This document shows positions 18,416 through 27,398 of a stretch of 64,000 nucleotides of DNA, piece after piece. How positions within the stretch are numbered: the stretch's first letter is position 1; every line of letters begins with the position of its first letter. Origin of the DNA: Solirubrobacteraceae bacterium (GTDB lineage Bacteria > Actinomycetota > Thermoleophilia > Solirubrobacterales > Solirubrobacteraceae); NCBI GenBank assembly GCA_049800435.1, contig JBARJU010000095.1, forward strand, positions 216-64,215, written 5' to 3'. Made by a program: the position numbers and the translations under genes. The notes beneath the pieces are model-generated. The model was given only the letters and a program-made list of their open reading frames with translations, searched no databases and was not told the origin of the DNA.

Positions 18416-19098
18416 AGCCGCAGCATTTCGTGTCGCAGCGCGTAGTGCACGAGTTCCGCGCGCGTATCTAGCCCGAGCTTGCGGTGGATGCGGGCGCGAT
18501 GAGTCTCGATCGTACGGGGTGAGAGCCCGAGCTGTTGGGCGATCTCAACGCTCGTGTGGCCGAGAGCGATCAGGCGCAACACCTCGCGCTCGCGCGGGGT
18601 CAGCTTGTCCTTCTCGCCGGAGGGCTTGTCGCTCAGCTTGGTCACGATCGACGGGCTCACGTAGCGCCTGCCGCGCGATGCGGCGCGCACGGCCGCCGGC
18701 AGATCCGAGTCGGCCATCTCCTTCAGCACGAGGCCCACGGCGCCGTTGTCGAGCGCGCGCTTGGCAAACGCGGGATCGTCGTTCATCGTGAGCACCACGA
18801 TGCGCGTGTCGCGTGCCTCGCGGTGCAGACGGCCGAGCGCCTGCACCCCGGAGCCCCTGTCGGGCATGCCCAGGTCGAGCACGAGCACGTCCGGTCGCCG
18901 GGCGCGCACATGGTCCATCACCGACTGCAAGCTGTCGGTCTCGCAGATCACGTCGATGTCGGTCTCTCCGTCGAGCAGCACGCGCAGGCTCTCGCGCATC
19001 GCGGCATGATCGTCGGCCAACACGATCCTGATCGGGCCACCTGTCTCGGCGCCCGGCTTCGGGTCGGGCACGGACGCGAGGCGGAGCAATGGAAGCAT
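18412..19098 (-). CDS. NarL/LuxR-family response regulator (REC + HTH_LuxR)
   Basis: IRIVLADDHAAMRESL...VLVLDLGMPD; LTPREREVLRLIALGHTSVEIAQQLGLSPRTIETHRARIHRKLG. Confidence 0.9.
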   Translation of the reverse strand: MLPLLRLASVPDPKPGAETGGPIRIVLADDHAAMRESLRVLLDGETDIDVICETDSLQSVMDHVRARRPDVLVLDLGMPDRGSGVQALGRLHREARDTRIVVLTMNDDPAFAKRALDNGAVGLVLKEMADSDLPAAVRAASRGRRYVSPSIVTKLSDKPSGEKDKLTPREREVLRLIALGHTSVEIAQQLGLSPRTIETHRARIHRKLGLDTRAELVHYALRHEMLRL

Positions 19099-19190
19099 GA
19101 TATGACGCTAGTGCTGGCACCCGACCTTTCCCAGCGGACAAATTCCCCTGTGGACGTGTGGCAAAGCACTGATGCTTCGCGCTGAGGCCC

Positions 19191-20132
19191 CTACGTCCGT
19201 TGCGCCCGGTAGTGCTCGCGCCAGATCAGCTTGTGGATGGGGATCCAGCGAGGAATGCTGCGCACCCCGGGGATGAACGGGATCAGGATGAACGCGAGGC
19301 TCAGGACGGTCATCACGAGTACCACCAGGATGTCCGCGTTTTCAGAGCCTGAGAACGGTTCGATCTGATACCAGAACGTGTACAGCCATAGCCACGACTG
19401 ACCAGGATATGAACCGGTCTCGTTCATCATGCCCCACTGGTCGCCGAGCAGGTGCTGTCCTTCGGCGCGTTCTTCGAGCACTTTGCCGTCGGCCATCAGC
19501 AGCAGCGGCTTGGTGTAGTCGGTCTGGAAGAACTGACTGCTCCTGAGTAGATTGCCTTCGAGGCCACCGGTCTGAGCGAGGCCGAGCAGCGAGTCCATCA
19601 TCCTCGGCACCGGACCGTACGTGCCTGCCACGACCTTCAGGGTCCCGTTTGGGTTGACAGTCGCCTTTTCCAGTGCCTTCGCATACGCTTCGCTCCACGC
19701 GAGCTGCTGCTTGGCGGGCGCGGCATTGTACGTGGCGATCGCGCTCTGCAGCGCGGGGTCGTTTTGGATTGTGTTGAGCGGTTCGAGCACATATGCCTGT
19801 GCGGTGTCGATCGGGTGGCTGACGCCGAGCCACTTCTGCGGGTATAGGAACGCCGCGTGCTGGCCTTCGGCCGCATGGTTGTAGGGAGGCCCGTAGGTGG
19901 CGGTGCCGCTCGACCCGCCCAGCTCGCTGACGGCGGTTGTGGCGAAGTCGACAGGCGTCTGGCGCGACCACTGCGCGATCGTGCTCGGCTTGTCGTCCGG
20001 CGAGGAGAACAGGATCGTGAGCACCACCGCGAGCAGCGTGACCACGCCGATCGCTATGAACAGCTCCTTGACGAGGTCATAAGGCGCGTAGGGGCCTTTC
20101 CACTCCGGCGTTAGATCCCTGTACCGGCTCAT
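19191..20132 (-). CDS. Cytochrome b C-terminal-domain-like membrane protein (subunit-IV-like) with a large extracytoplasmic insert
   Basis: N-terminal TPEWKGPYAPYDLVKELFIAIGVVTLL resembles the PEWY region and following helix of cytochrome b / b6f subunit IV. About 190 aa of soluble insert, then two more TM helices. ATGA overlap with the upstream cytochrome b gene. Confidence 0.55.
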   Translation of the reverse strand: MSRYRDLTPEWKGPYAPYDLVKELFIAIGVVTLLAVVLTILFSSPDDKPSTIAQWSRQTPVDFATTAVSELGGSSGTATYGPPYNHAAEGQHAAFLYPQKWLGVSHPIDTAQAYVLEPLNTIQNDPALQSAIATYNAAPAKQQLAWSEAYAKALEKATVNPNGTLKVVAGTYGPVPRMMDSLLGLAQTGGLEGNLLRSSQFFQTDYTKPLLLMADGKVLEERAEGQHLLGDQWGMMNETGSYPGQSWLWLYTFWYQIEPFSGSENADILVVLVMTVLSLAFILIPFIPGVRSIPRWIPIHKLIWREHYRAQRT

Positions 20133-20854
20133 GACGAAGCTCCCGGGCGGCTCAACGGAGCGCCGGCGGACTCGGGGCCATCGGCGGAGGTCGCACCGGG
20201 CGGCGATGCGGCGGACACCTCCGAGGCCGTCGCGCTCCGCGAGAGATCGAGCGGTGGCACGACCCCGTGGCGGCGCACGAGCAGGACGTGGGCCGCCACC
20301 AGCCCCACGACCGCGATCGGGAACAGCAGCACATGCCAGCTATACATCTGGCCGAAGTTGGTCACGTTGAAGAAGGCGCCCGCGCCGATCGCGTTCATCG
20401 CGTCCTTCGCCTGAGTGGAGATCCACTGCGCGTCGAAGTTCTGCTGTGAGACGTAGCCGGTGAGTGCCGCGGGAATCGCGATCAGGAAGCTCACCGCGCC
20501 CGTCATCCACACGCGGGCCCGCCCGCCGCGCCAGGCGGCCATCCAGTACTTGCCCCACAGGTGAACCACCATCGTGAAGAAGAACAGCTCGACCGCCCAC
20601 AGGTGGATCGAGTTGAAGAAGTGGCCGATCCCGGTGTCGTGCCACCAGGCGGGGCCCTTGAGGCTGAGGATCGTTCCGGAGCCGACGATCACCATCAGCG
20701 CGGCGAGCGTGGCCACGCCGAACACGTAGATCCACGAGTCGACGTACGTCGGCTGCCCGTCGGGCAAGAGCTTCTCGGGCGGCAGCGCGCCGACGCCGGC
20801 TTCGCGGGTGCGTACCGTCCATGAGCGCTTGCCCGGTTGCGCCCCGACGCTCAT
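20129..20854 (-). CDS. Cytochrome b/b6 N-terminal (four-helix, di-haem) domain protein
   Basis: Haem-ligand pairs H-x13-H (HLWAVELFFFTMVVH) and H-x14-H (HVLLFPIAVVGLVAAH). Preferred start ATG 20854 (MSVGAQPG...), overlapping the upstream stop as ATGA. Confidence 0.8.
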   Translation of the reverse strand: MSVGAQPGKRSWTVRTREAGVGALPPEKLLPDGQPTYVDSWIYVFGVATLAALMVIVGSGTILSLKGPAWWHDTGIGHFFNSIHLWAVELFFFTMVVHLWGKYWMAAWRGGRARVWMTGAVSFLIAIPAALTGYVSQQNFDAQWISTQAKDAMNAIGAGAFFNVTNFGQMYSWHVLLFPIAVVGLVAAHVLLVRRHGVVPPLDLSRSATASEVSAASPPGATSADGPESAGAPLSRPGASS

Positions 20855-21042
20855 GCGCCGCCTCCCTGAGCGCGAGCGGCCTGCCTGCGGGTTGCGCCGG
20901 GGAAGGGGAGCAGGATGGCCAGCACGAACACGAGGAGCATCAGGCAGATCACGAGGATGTTCGACACAGACATCTGAAAGAAGTGCCAGTGCACGACGTG
21001 CGCCGGATTGTTCAGGTTGAATACTGCCCCCATCGGGTTCAT
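20851..21042 (-). CDS. Small single-TM membrane protein, first gene of the cytochrome b operon
   Basis: MNPMGAVFNLNNPAHVVHWHFFQMSVSNILVICLMLLVFVLAILLPF. GGAGG about 9 nt upstream of ATG 21042. Confidence 0.45.
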   Translation of the reverse strand: MNPMGAVFNLNNPAHVVHWHFFQMSVSNILVICLMLLVFVLAILLPFPGATRRQAARAQGGGA

Positions 21043-21310
21043 GGTTTGTTGCCTCCTGCTTGTCCGGGGCGCCCATATATGCGAGATCGTCCAGCCATGG
21101 TGCACGTGAAGACTACCGGTCCCTGTCGGGTCGCGGAAAAACCTATGTTCGAGCGCACCTGAGCGCGTCCGTATTAACCACTCGCCGTTGCGCGGAAAGC
21201 CCCGATCCGTGTCGCCAAGCTCGCTTCCGATCCCGACTCCGTAGTTATCTGCAACACGGCGGCGGACTTACTCGGCTGCCACATGCATCTCACTTCCATA
21301 AGCTGGCCCC

Positions 21311-22444
21311 ATGTCGACCGACCCTCCCTTCAAGGTCGTGATCGCCGGAGGCGGCGTGGCCGGCATGGAGGCGGTGCTCGCGTTGCGCGACTTGGCCGGA
21401 GGTCGTGTGTCGATCGAAATGCTCGCGCCCGACCCTGAGTTCGTGTACCGCCCGATGAAGGTGCGCGAGCCGTTCGCATACGGCAACGCCAAGCGCTATC
21501 CGCTTGGGAAGCTGGTCGAGGGCATCGACGTGGACCTTCGTGAGGAGAGCTTCGCGTGGGTTGACGCCGCCGCGAGCGTCGCCTACACCGACGGCGGCGA
21601 GCCGCTCCCATACGACGCGCTGATATTGGCGGTCGGCGCACGCGTACACGCGCGCTACACACACGCGTACACGATCGACGACAGACATCTCGACGACATC
21701 TTGCACGGGCTGCTGCAGGACATCGAAGGCGGCTATGTGACACGGCTCGCATTCGTCATTCCGGGCAGGATGGCGTGGCAGCTGCCTGTGTACGAGCTGG
21801 CATTGATGACGGCCGCACGGGCGCTGGAAACAGAGGCGACACTGTCGATCGCGATCGTCACCCCCGAGGACGCGCCGCTTGCGATCTTCGGCTCGGGTGC
21901 GAGCGACGCCGTGTCCAGACTGTTGCGTGAGGCGCAGATCGAGGTCATCGCCTCGGCGTACGCCGAGGTTCCACGGTGGGACACGGTCGTCGTGAACCCC
22001 GGCGACCGGAGCCTGGAAGTCGATCGCGTGGTCGCGCTGCCCGAGCTGTACGGGCCGGCGGTGCGCGGGCTGCCGGCGGCCGAGCACGGCTTCATCCCCA
22101 TCGACATGCACGCGCGTGTGCGTGGCGTGGAGCGAGTCTACGCCGCCGGGGACGCAACCGACTTCGCGATCAAGCATGGGGGCATCTCCGCCCAGCAGGC
22201 GGACGCCGCCGCTGAGGCGATCGCGGCGCTCGCCGGCGCGCCGGTCGAGCCGCAACCGCTTCACCCGACGATCTACGGGATGCTGCTCACCGGCGGCTCC
22301 CCTCAATACATGCGCGCGCGAATCAGCGGTGGCGAGGGCTTCAGCTCGGAGGTCTCGGCGGACCCACTGTGGTCTCCTTCGCGGAAGATCGTCGCGAAGT
22401 ACCTGGCGCCCCACTTGGAGCAGTACGAGGCGCGGTGCGCGTAG
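21311..22444 (+). CDS. FAD-dependent pyridine nucleotide-disulfide oxidoreductase (SQR / NDH-2-like)
   Basis: Rossmann VVIAGGGVAGMEAVLALR. Second dinucleotide motif and VYAAGDATDF. Confidence 0.8.
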   Translation: MSTDPPFKVVIAGGGVAGMEAVLALRDLAGGRVSIEMLAPDPEFVYRPMKVREPFAYGNAKRYPLGKLVEGIDVDLREESFAWVDAAASVAYTDGGEPLPYDALILAVGARVHARYTHAYTIDDRHLDDILHGLLQDIEGGYVTRLAFVIPGRMAWQLPVYELALMTAARALETEATLSIAIVTPEDAPLAIFGSGASDAVSRLLREAQIEVIASAYAEVPRWDTVVVNPGDRSLEVDRVVALPELYGPAVRGLPAAEHGFIPIDMHARVRGVERVYAAGDATDFAIKHGGISAQQADAAAEAIAALAGAPVEPQPLHPTIYGMLLTGGSPQYMRARISGGEGFSSEVSADPLWSPSRKIVAKYLAPHLEQYEARCA

Positions 22445-23472
22445 GAATACTCACGGGCGGCGGCGACTGCCCGGGCCTGAACGCGGTGATCCGCGCGATC
22501 GTGCGCCGCGGTCAGGGCGAGGGGGCAAACGGCTTCGTCGGCTTTCGCTACGGGTGGGCGGGCGTGCTCGAGCACGACGTGGTGGAGCTCACGCGTGAGA
22601 GCACCGCCGGGATATTGCCGCGTGGGGGCACGATCCTCGGCACTTCGCGCACCAACCCGCTCGACGGGCGAGCGGGGGGGATGGAAAGGATTAACGACAC
22701 GTTCCAGGGAGAGGGACTGGATGCTCTGATACCCATAGGCGGCGAGGACACGCTCGGGGTGGCACTGCGTCTTGCGCAGGAGGGTCTGCCGGTGGTGGGG
22801 GTGCCGAAGACGATCGACAACGACATCGGGGGCACCGACGTCACGGTCGGATTCCATACCGCGGTACAGATCGCCACCGACGCGATCGACCGCCTGCACA
22901 CGACCGCCGAGTCCCACAACCGCGTGATGGTCGTCGAGGTGATGGGCCGTCACGCCGGCTGGATCGCAACTTATGCCGGGATTGCCGGCGGGGCGGATGC
23001 GATCCTCGTGCCCGAGCGCCCGTTCGACATCGAGGAGCTGTGCGCGCGACTGCGCCGTCGCCATGGCGCCGGGATCACCTTCTCGATAGTGGTCGTATCC
23101 GAGGGGGCCACCCCGCGCGAGGGCGGTGCGATGACGCTCGCCGACGAGCACGCCACCGACGAGTTCGGGCACGTGCGCCTCGGGGGCATCGGCGTCGAGC
23201 TGGCCCACGAGCTCGAGGCGCTGACCGGGTATGAGACGCGCGCCACGATCCTTGGGCATGTGCAGCGCGGGGGGACGCCGACGGCGTATGACCGCGTACT
23301 CGCCACGCGCTTCGGCGTGGCGGCGATGGACGCCGCGGCCGCGGGGCGCTTCGGGCAGATGGTGGCATTGCGTGGACCCGACATCGTCGAGGTCGGCTTG
23401 GGCGAGGCGCTGGCCGAGCCGAAGCTGCTCGACCCGCGCCTGTTCGAGACCGCCCAAGTCTTCTTCGGCTGA
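22435..23472 (+). CDS. pfkA: 6-phosphofructokinase (ATP- or PPi-dependent; not distinguishable by eye)
   Basis: GILTGGGDCPGLNAVIRA, IGGEDTLG, PKTIDNDI, MGRHAGW. GTG 22435 preferred (VRVGILTGGG), overlapping the upstream gene end by 10 nt. Confidence 0.85.
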   Translation: MRVGILTGGGDCPGLNAVIRAIVRRGQGEGANGFVGFRYGWAGVLEHDVVELTRESTAGILPRGGTILGTSRTNPLDGRAGGMERINDTFQGEGLDALIPIGGEDTLGVALRLAQEGLPVVGVPKTIDNDIGGTDVTVGFHTAVQIATDAIDRLHTTAESHNRVMVVEVMGRHAGWIATYAGIAGGADAILVPERPFDIEELCARLRRRHGAGITFSIVVVSEGATPREGGAMTLADEHATDEFGHVRLGGIGVELAHELEALTGYETRATILGHVQRGGTPTAYDRVLATRFGVAAMDAAAAGRFGQMVALRGPDIVEVGLGEALAEPKLLDPRLFETAQVFFG

Positions 23473-23501
23473 GGCGCCTTCGAGGCTCGAGGCGCTGCGG
23501 G

Positions 23502-25214
23502 CTATCGCGGACCGGCCGCGGCCGGGCGAGCGCCGTCCGCTCTCGACATGCGCTTAATCGGGAAGCTTGCCTCGACGGTGGTTCCCTTGCCGGGCGAGGA
23601 CTTGACCCGCAAGCTCCCGTCGAGCAACTGAACGCGCTCGTACATTCCCAGCAAGCCGAAGCCGTCGGTGTGCTCGGAGGGGTCGAAGCCGCTGCCGTCG
23701 TCGCGCACGTTCACCCAAACGTCCGTCTCGTCCTCGTGAACCTCCACGACGGCCCTCTTGGCGCTACCGTGCTTGGCGGCGTTGGTGAGCGCCTCCTGCA
23801 CGATCCGGTACATCGCCGTCTCGACCTCCGTCGGGTAGCGCTTGCGCTCATGGCCCTGCTCGCCGGCCAGGTCGATGCTCACGTCGACATCGATGCCCTG
23901 ACGCTCGGCGCGTTCGCAGAGCGCCTGGATCGCCGCGGTGGCTCCGAGTTCGTCGAGCGAGGCGGGGCGCAGGTCGGTGATCAGCGCGCGCAGATTCGTG
24001 ATCCCTTCCTCGAGATGGTCGATCGCGCTGGTGACAGCCTGCTCGAGCGTCTCGGGCTTGCCCGAGCGCTTGGCGGTGGAGAGGCCGACGCGCAGCGCTG
24101 AGAGGCTTTGGAGGGTGTCGTCGTGGAGCTCGCGCGCCCAGCGCTGGCGTTCGGCCTCGGCGGCGGCGAGGCGCTGTCGCTGGCGCTCGGAGGCAACGGA
24201 CTGAGCGGTGGCCACCGCGGTGGCGGCGCTCGCCGCGAACGCCTCCAGCAGACGCTCGTCGTCGGTCGTGAACTCGGGTCCGTTGTCGAGGCGATCGATA
24301 GCGACGAGCACGCCGTATGAGTGGTTTTGAAAGACGAGCGGCACGATCAGGCCGGCCTGCGCCTCGACGCCGAGGGTGCCGAGGCCGTGTTCGTCAAAGC
24401 GGGCGCGGGTGAGCGGTTCCTGCAAGCGTTGGGCACGTCGTGTACGCAGCGCGGCGCTCGCGCCCGAGTCCCCGAGCGGCATGTGCTTGCCCAGTAGCGC
24501 GGCGGGGAGCTCACCGGCCCCGGCCGACACCACGAGCCGACCGCGCTGCACGAGCTCGATCACGAGCAGGCGCGCGTCGATGAGCGCACGCCCCCGCTTG
24601 GCGACCAGCTCGAGGATCACGTCGAGGTCGGTCTCCGCCCCCACGGCGCGTGCTATCTGGGTGGTGGCGTTGAGTGCGGCGACGGTACGCTGTAGCTCGT
24701 CGCGGTGCTCTCTGGCGCCGGTATAGCGGCGCGCGTGGTCGATCGCGAAGCCGGCGAGCTCGGAGAGCATCGTCACGGCCTCCTCGTCGGCGTCGCTGAA
24801 CTGCTCGCCGTGCTGCTTCTCGGTCAGGTAGAGGTTTCCGAACGGGGTGCCCTCGATCAGGATCGGCACCCCAAGGAAGCTCTGCATCGGCGGGTGGCCA
24901 TGCGGGAAGCCGTAGGAGCGTGGGTGTTCGCTGATGTCGGCCAGTCGCAGCACCGTCGGATGCTGGATCAGCTCGCCCAGGACGCCGCGCCCGCGCGGGA
25001 GGGTCCCGATCGCCTCGCGTTCGGCCTCGTCGATGCCGACCGTGAGGAAGCGCTCCAACTCGGTTCGCGAGTTGCTGAGAACGCCGAGCGCCGCGTAGCG
25101 GGCGCCGGTCAGCTCGCGGGCGCACTCGAGCACGCGGTTGAGCACCACGTCGACGTCGAGCTCGGACAGCACGCTGCGAGCGATGTCGAGCACTCCGCGC
25201 GCGGTTTGGTCCAC
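23502..25214 (-). CDS. GAF-GAF sensor histidine kinase (HisKA_3 + HATPase_c; DevS/DosS-like architecture)
   Basis: Two GAF-like modules, H-box ARELHDDTLQSLSAL, N/G boxes NAAKHG...DDGSGF...GFGLLGMYERV. Confidence 0.85.
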   Translation of the reverse strand: MDQTARGVLDIARSVLSELDVDVVLNRVLECARELTGARYAALGVLSNSRTELERFLTVGIDEAEREAIGTLPRGRGVLGELIQHPTVLRLADISEHPRSYGFPHGHPPMQSFLGVPILIEGTPFGNLYLTEKQHGEQFSDADEEAVTMLSELAGFAIDHARRYTGAREHRDELQRTVAALNATTQIARAVGAETDLDVILELVAKRGRALIDARLLVIELVQRGRLVVSAGAGELPAALLGKHMPLGDSGASAALRTRRAQRLQEPLTRARFDEHGLGTLGVEAQAGLIVPLVFQNHSYGVLVAIDRLDNGPEFTTDDERLLEAFAASAATAVATAQSVASERQRQRLAAAEAERQRWARELHDDTLQSLSALRVGLSTAKRSGKPETLEQAVTSAIDHLEEGITNLRALITDLRPASLDELGATAAIQALCERAERQGIDVDVSIDLAGEQGHERKRYPTEVETAMYRIVQEALTNAAKHGSAKRAVVEVHEDETDVWVNVRDDGSGFDPSEHTDGFGLLGMYERVQLLDGSLRVKSSPGKGTTVEASFPIKRMSRADGARPAAAGPR

Positions 25215-25537
25215 TAGAGCGACTCCACGAGTGAGGGTATGCGCCCGAACATGACGCTGGATAGCGTCGGCGCTGCTCTATTCGATATCACACGGCCAGC
25301 CACACGCTGCTCACGTTCATGTCTGCTGCGGTCCCTCAGTCGCCACTGATGGTTTCGCCTCCCCGACCCGGAAGCTTAGCGCAGAATGCCACAACCTCTG
25401 TGTAACTCGTTGGGGCGACCAATTCTAAGAATCGGAATCTAGGGGTGTGGCGAAGAGAAGGACATGGTCCCTCACCCCGCGCTTGTCCCACCACACTGCC
25501 TGCCCCTGAGGGCTGTGGTCGTGACCGCGTGCGCTAG

Positions 25538-26521
25538 TCAGCCCTTGAACGTCGAGGCGCCTCGGTCGCCAAACGGATCGTCGCGGTCGCGCACCGCCTC
25601 GCGGAAGCCCGCCTGCATCGCGCGCTGCTGGAATGCGTAGCCCTCGGCGGTGTGGCGTGCGGCGCCGTCGAGCAGCGTGCCGAGCGCCTGCGTCGAGTGA
25701 AGGCCCTGAGCGTAGAGCGACTGGTTGACCAGCAGCTTCATCATGCGCAGCTGGTTGACGGGCACGCGCGCGATCCGCTCCAAGAGGATCTCCGTGCGCT
25801 CGTTGAGCTGCTCGGGTGCGGGCGCCTCGATCGCAAGCCCCCACTCGAGCGCCTCGGCGCCTGACAGCGAGTCGCCGGTGAACAGCAGGCGCTTGGCGCG
25901 CTGGGGCCCGAGCCTGTGCATCCACATCGAGGTCGTCGGCGAGCCCCACACGCGTGCGGGGGGATAGCCGATCTTCGCGTCGGCGGCGATCGTGAGCAGG
26001 TCCGAGCAGAGCGCCATGTCGGTGCCACCGGCGACGCAGAAGCCGTGCACCCTGCACACGACGGGCTTGCCGCAGTGAAACAGCGACATGAAGGCGCGCA
26101 CGTTGCGGCTCATCATCGCGTAGTCCACCATCGGGTCCCATGTGCCCGAGGGGTCGTGGTTAGCGGCCATCACGGCTGGATCGAGTGGGGAGCCAGGCGG
26201 CGCCTGGGGGTCGTGGGGCTCAGCCGGTGAGCCGGGCGGGGAGGCCCGGTGCTCATCGCCGGGGCGGCCCTGGCCCTCGGCGCTCTCCACGAGGTCATAC
26301 CCGCCGCAGAAGCCCTTGCCGTTGCCGCACAGCAGGATCGCGTGGACCGCGGGATCGAGGTCGGCTTGCTCGACGCACCGCTCGAGCTCGGTGGCGAGCA
26401 TGCGCGTGATCCCGTTGCCGCGCTCGGGGCGGTCGAGCGTGATGCGGGCTATGCGCTCGGTGGTGTGGTAGGTGAGGGTCTGTAGTGCGCTCAAGGAAAG
26501 TCCCAGGTCCCCAATGCCCAA
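25538..26521 (-). CDS. Enoyl-CoA hydratase/isomerase (crotonase) family protein with a Pro-rich insertion
   Basis: ITLDRPERGNGIT, LLCGNGKGFCGGYDL, VHGFCVAGGTDMAL. The track start is TTG 26521, which abuts the tRNA 3' end, so the true start is probably further downstream and remains uncertain. Confidence 0.75.
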   Translation of the reverse strand: MGIGDLGLSLSALQTLTYHTTERIARITLDRPERGNGITRMLATELERCVEQADLDPAVHAILLCGNGKGFCGGYDLVESAEGQGRPGDEHRASPPGSPAEPHDPQAPPGSPLDPAVMAANHDPSGTWDPMVDYAMMSRNVRAFMSLFHCGKPVVCRVHGFCVAGGTDMALCSDLLTIAADAKIGYPPARVWGSPTTSMWMHRLGPQRAKRLLFTGDSLSGAEALEWGLAIEAPAPEQLNERTEILLERIARVPVNQLRMMKLLVNQSLYAQGLHSTQALGTLLDGAARHTAEGYAFQQRAMQAGFREAVRDRDDPFGDRGASTFKG

Positions 26522-26522
26522 G

Positions 26523-26612
26523 CGGAAGGGGGGGGATTCGAACCCCCGAGACGGGGTTCGCCCGCCTGGCGGTTTTCAAGACCGCTGCATTCAACCGCTC
26601 TGCCACCCTTCC
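26523..26612 (-). tRNA. tRNA-Ser (anticodon UGA), class II with long variable arm; no encoded CCA
   Basis: Manual fold: acceptor GGAAGGG/CCCTTCC, anticodon stem GCGGT/ACCGC with loop CTTGAAA, T-arm GGGGG-TTCGAAT-CCCCC. Confidence 0.9.
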
Positions 26613-26782
26613 AACGCGAGGTATGAAGGCTAGTGGATTCAGTTGAGCACGCAGGGAGCCGGATTACTCAGGCGATCATCCAGCGATTTGGCGCGGCGGC
26701 GGACTCCTTGATTCTGTCCTCTGCCGCTACTAACAGGGGCTGGGTTCGTGTTTGAGCTCGGGACCTCGGTCGGGCGTCCCAC

Positions 26783-27398
26783 TCAAGCGGTTGGGTATGA
26801 GGCATCGAAGCGCGCGATGATCTCTTGAACGTCGGCTGCGGCTTGGTGGACATCTGCTGGCGCGAAGCCGAGTTGCTGCGCGAGCGATTGGTAGCCGTCT
26901 GGCCGTCCAGTGGATGTGATGGCCGGAGGTTCCTTCGGCGGGCGAGACCTCAAACTGGACGGTGCTCCATGGGTCGCCCCTGGTAGCTGATCTTGACATC
27001 GCCGCGGAGCGTTGCAGTGTCGCGAACCTGCTCGAGGCTGGTCAGCCTGAAGGCGAATCCCTCCCAGCCGTGAGCCAGTGCTGCACGTAGTCGAGGGCCG
27101 ATCTCTTCGCCAGCCAGGCGTGCGGTGGCGTCGAGGTCCTTCGTCGCGCGCGCCCGGAGTCCCGGAGTCCGAGTAGCAACTCGACCGCCACTCCTCCCTT
27201 GACCAGGAACAGAGGCTCGTCGTGCTGGTCGCGCGCATGGCGCATGAGCCCGGCGGCGAGGGCAACGTAGCCGAGCTGTCGGCGTGCGCGCTGCTGAAGC
27301 TGGGTGTCCGCGATGACGTTGCGCAGGCGGTGCTCCAGTGCGCGACGATTCTTGGGCGCAGTGTCGTAGCGTCTATCGCTCACGAGCTGCTCTCGCAT
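26783..27398 (-). pseudogene. AbiEii/AbiGii-type nucleotidyltransferase toxin, frameshifted
   Basis: N-terminal frame gives ...FLVKGGVAVELLLGLR. The NTase motif ATKDLDATARLAGEE continues in another frame, and further shifts and stops follow downstream. Confidence 0.7.
27153..27168. repeat. 8-bp tandem duplication CCCGGAGT x2 causing the frameshift in the AbiEii pseudogene
   Basis: 27153..27160 is identical to 27161..27168. Deleting one copy restores ELLLGLRARATKDLDA in a single frame. Confidence 0.85.

Noticed and set aside
21290-23457. Minus-strand ORFs 21290..22414 (374 aa) and 22303..23457 (384 aa), antisense to the flavoprotein and pfk.
   Set aside because: Same shadow-ORF composition. 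The plus-strand genes have clear Rossmann and PFK motifs.
23473-23501. Hairpin-like GCGCCTTCGAG-G-CTCGAGGCGC between the convergent pfk and kinase genes, considered as a bidirectional terminator.
   Set aside because: The near-palindrome leaves essentially no loop and contains a bulge, so it is not convincing as an RNA terminator.
18412-25537. Search for DosR/DevR-type palindromes (GGGAC-N-GTCCC-like) in the intergenic regions around the kinase, regulator, cytochrome b operon and pfk.
   Set aside because: None was seen by eye, so a DosR-like regulon cannot be supported from binding sites.
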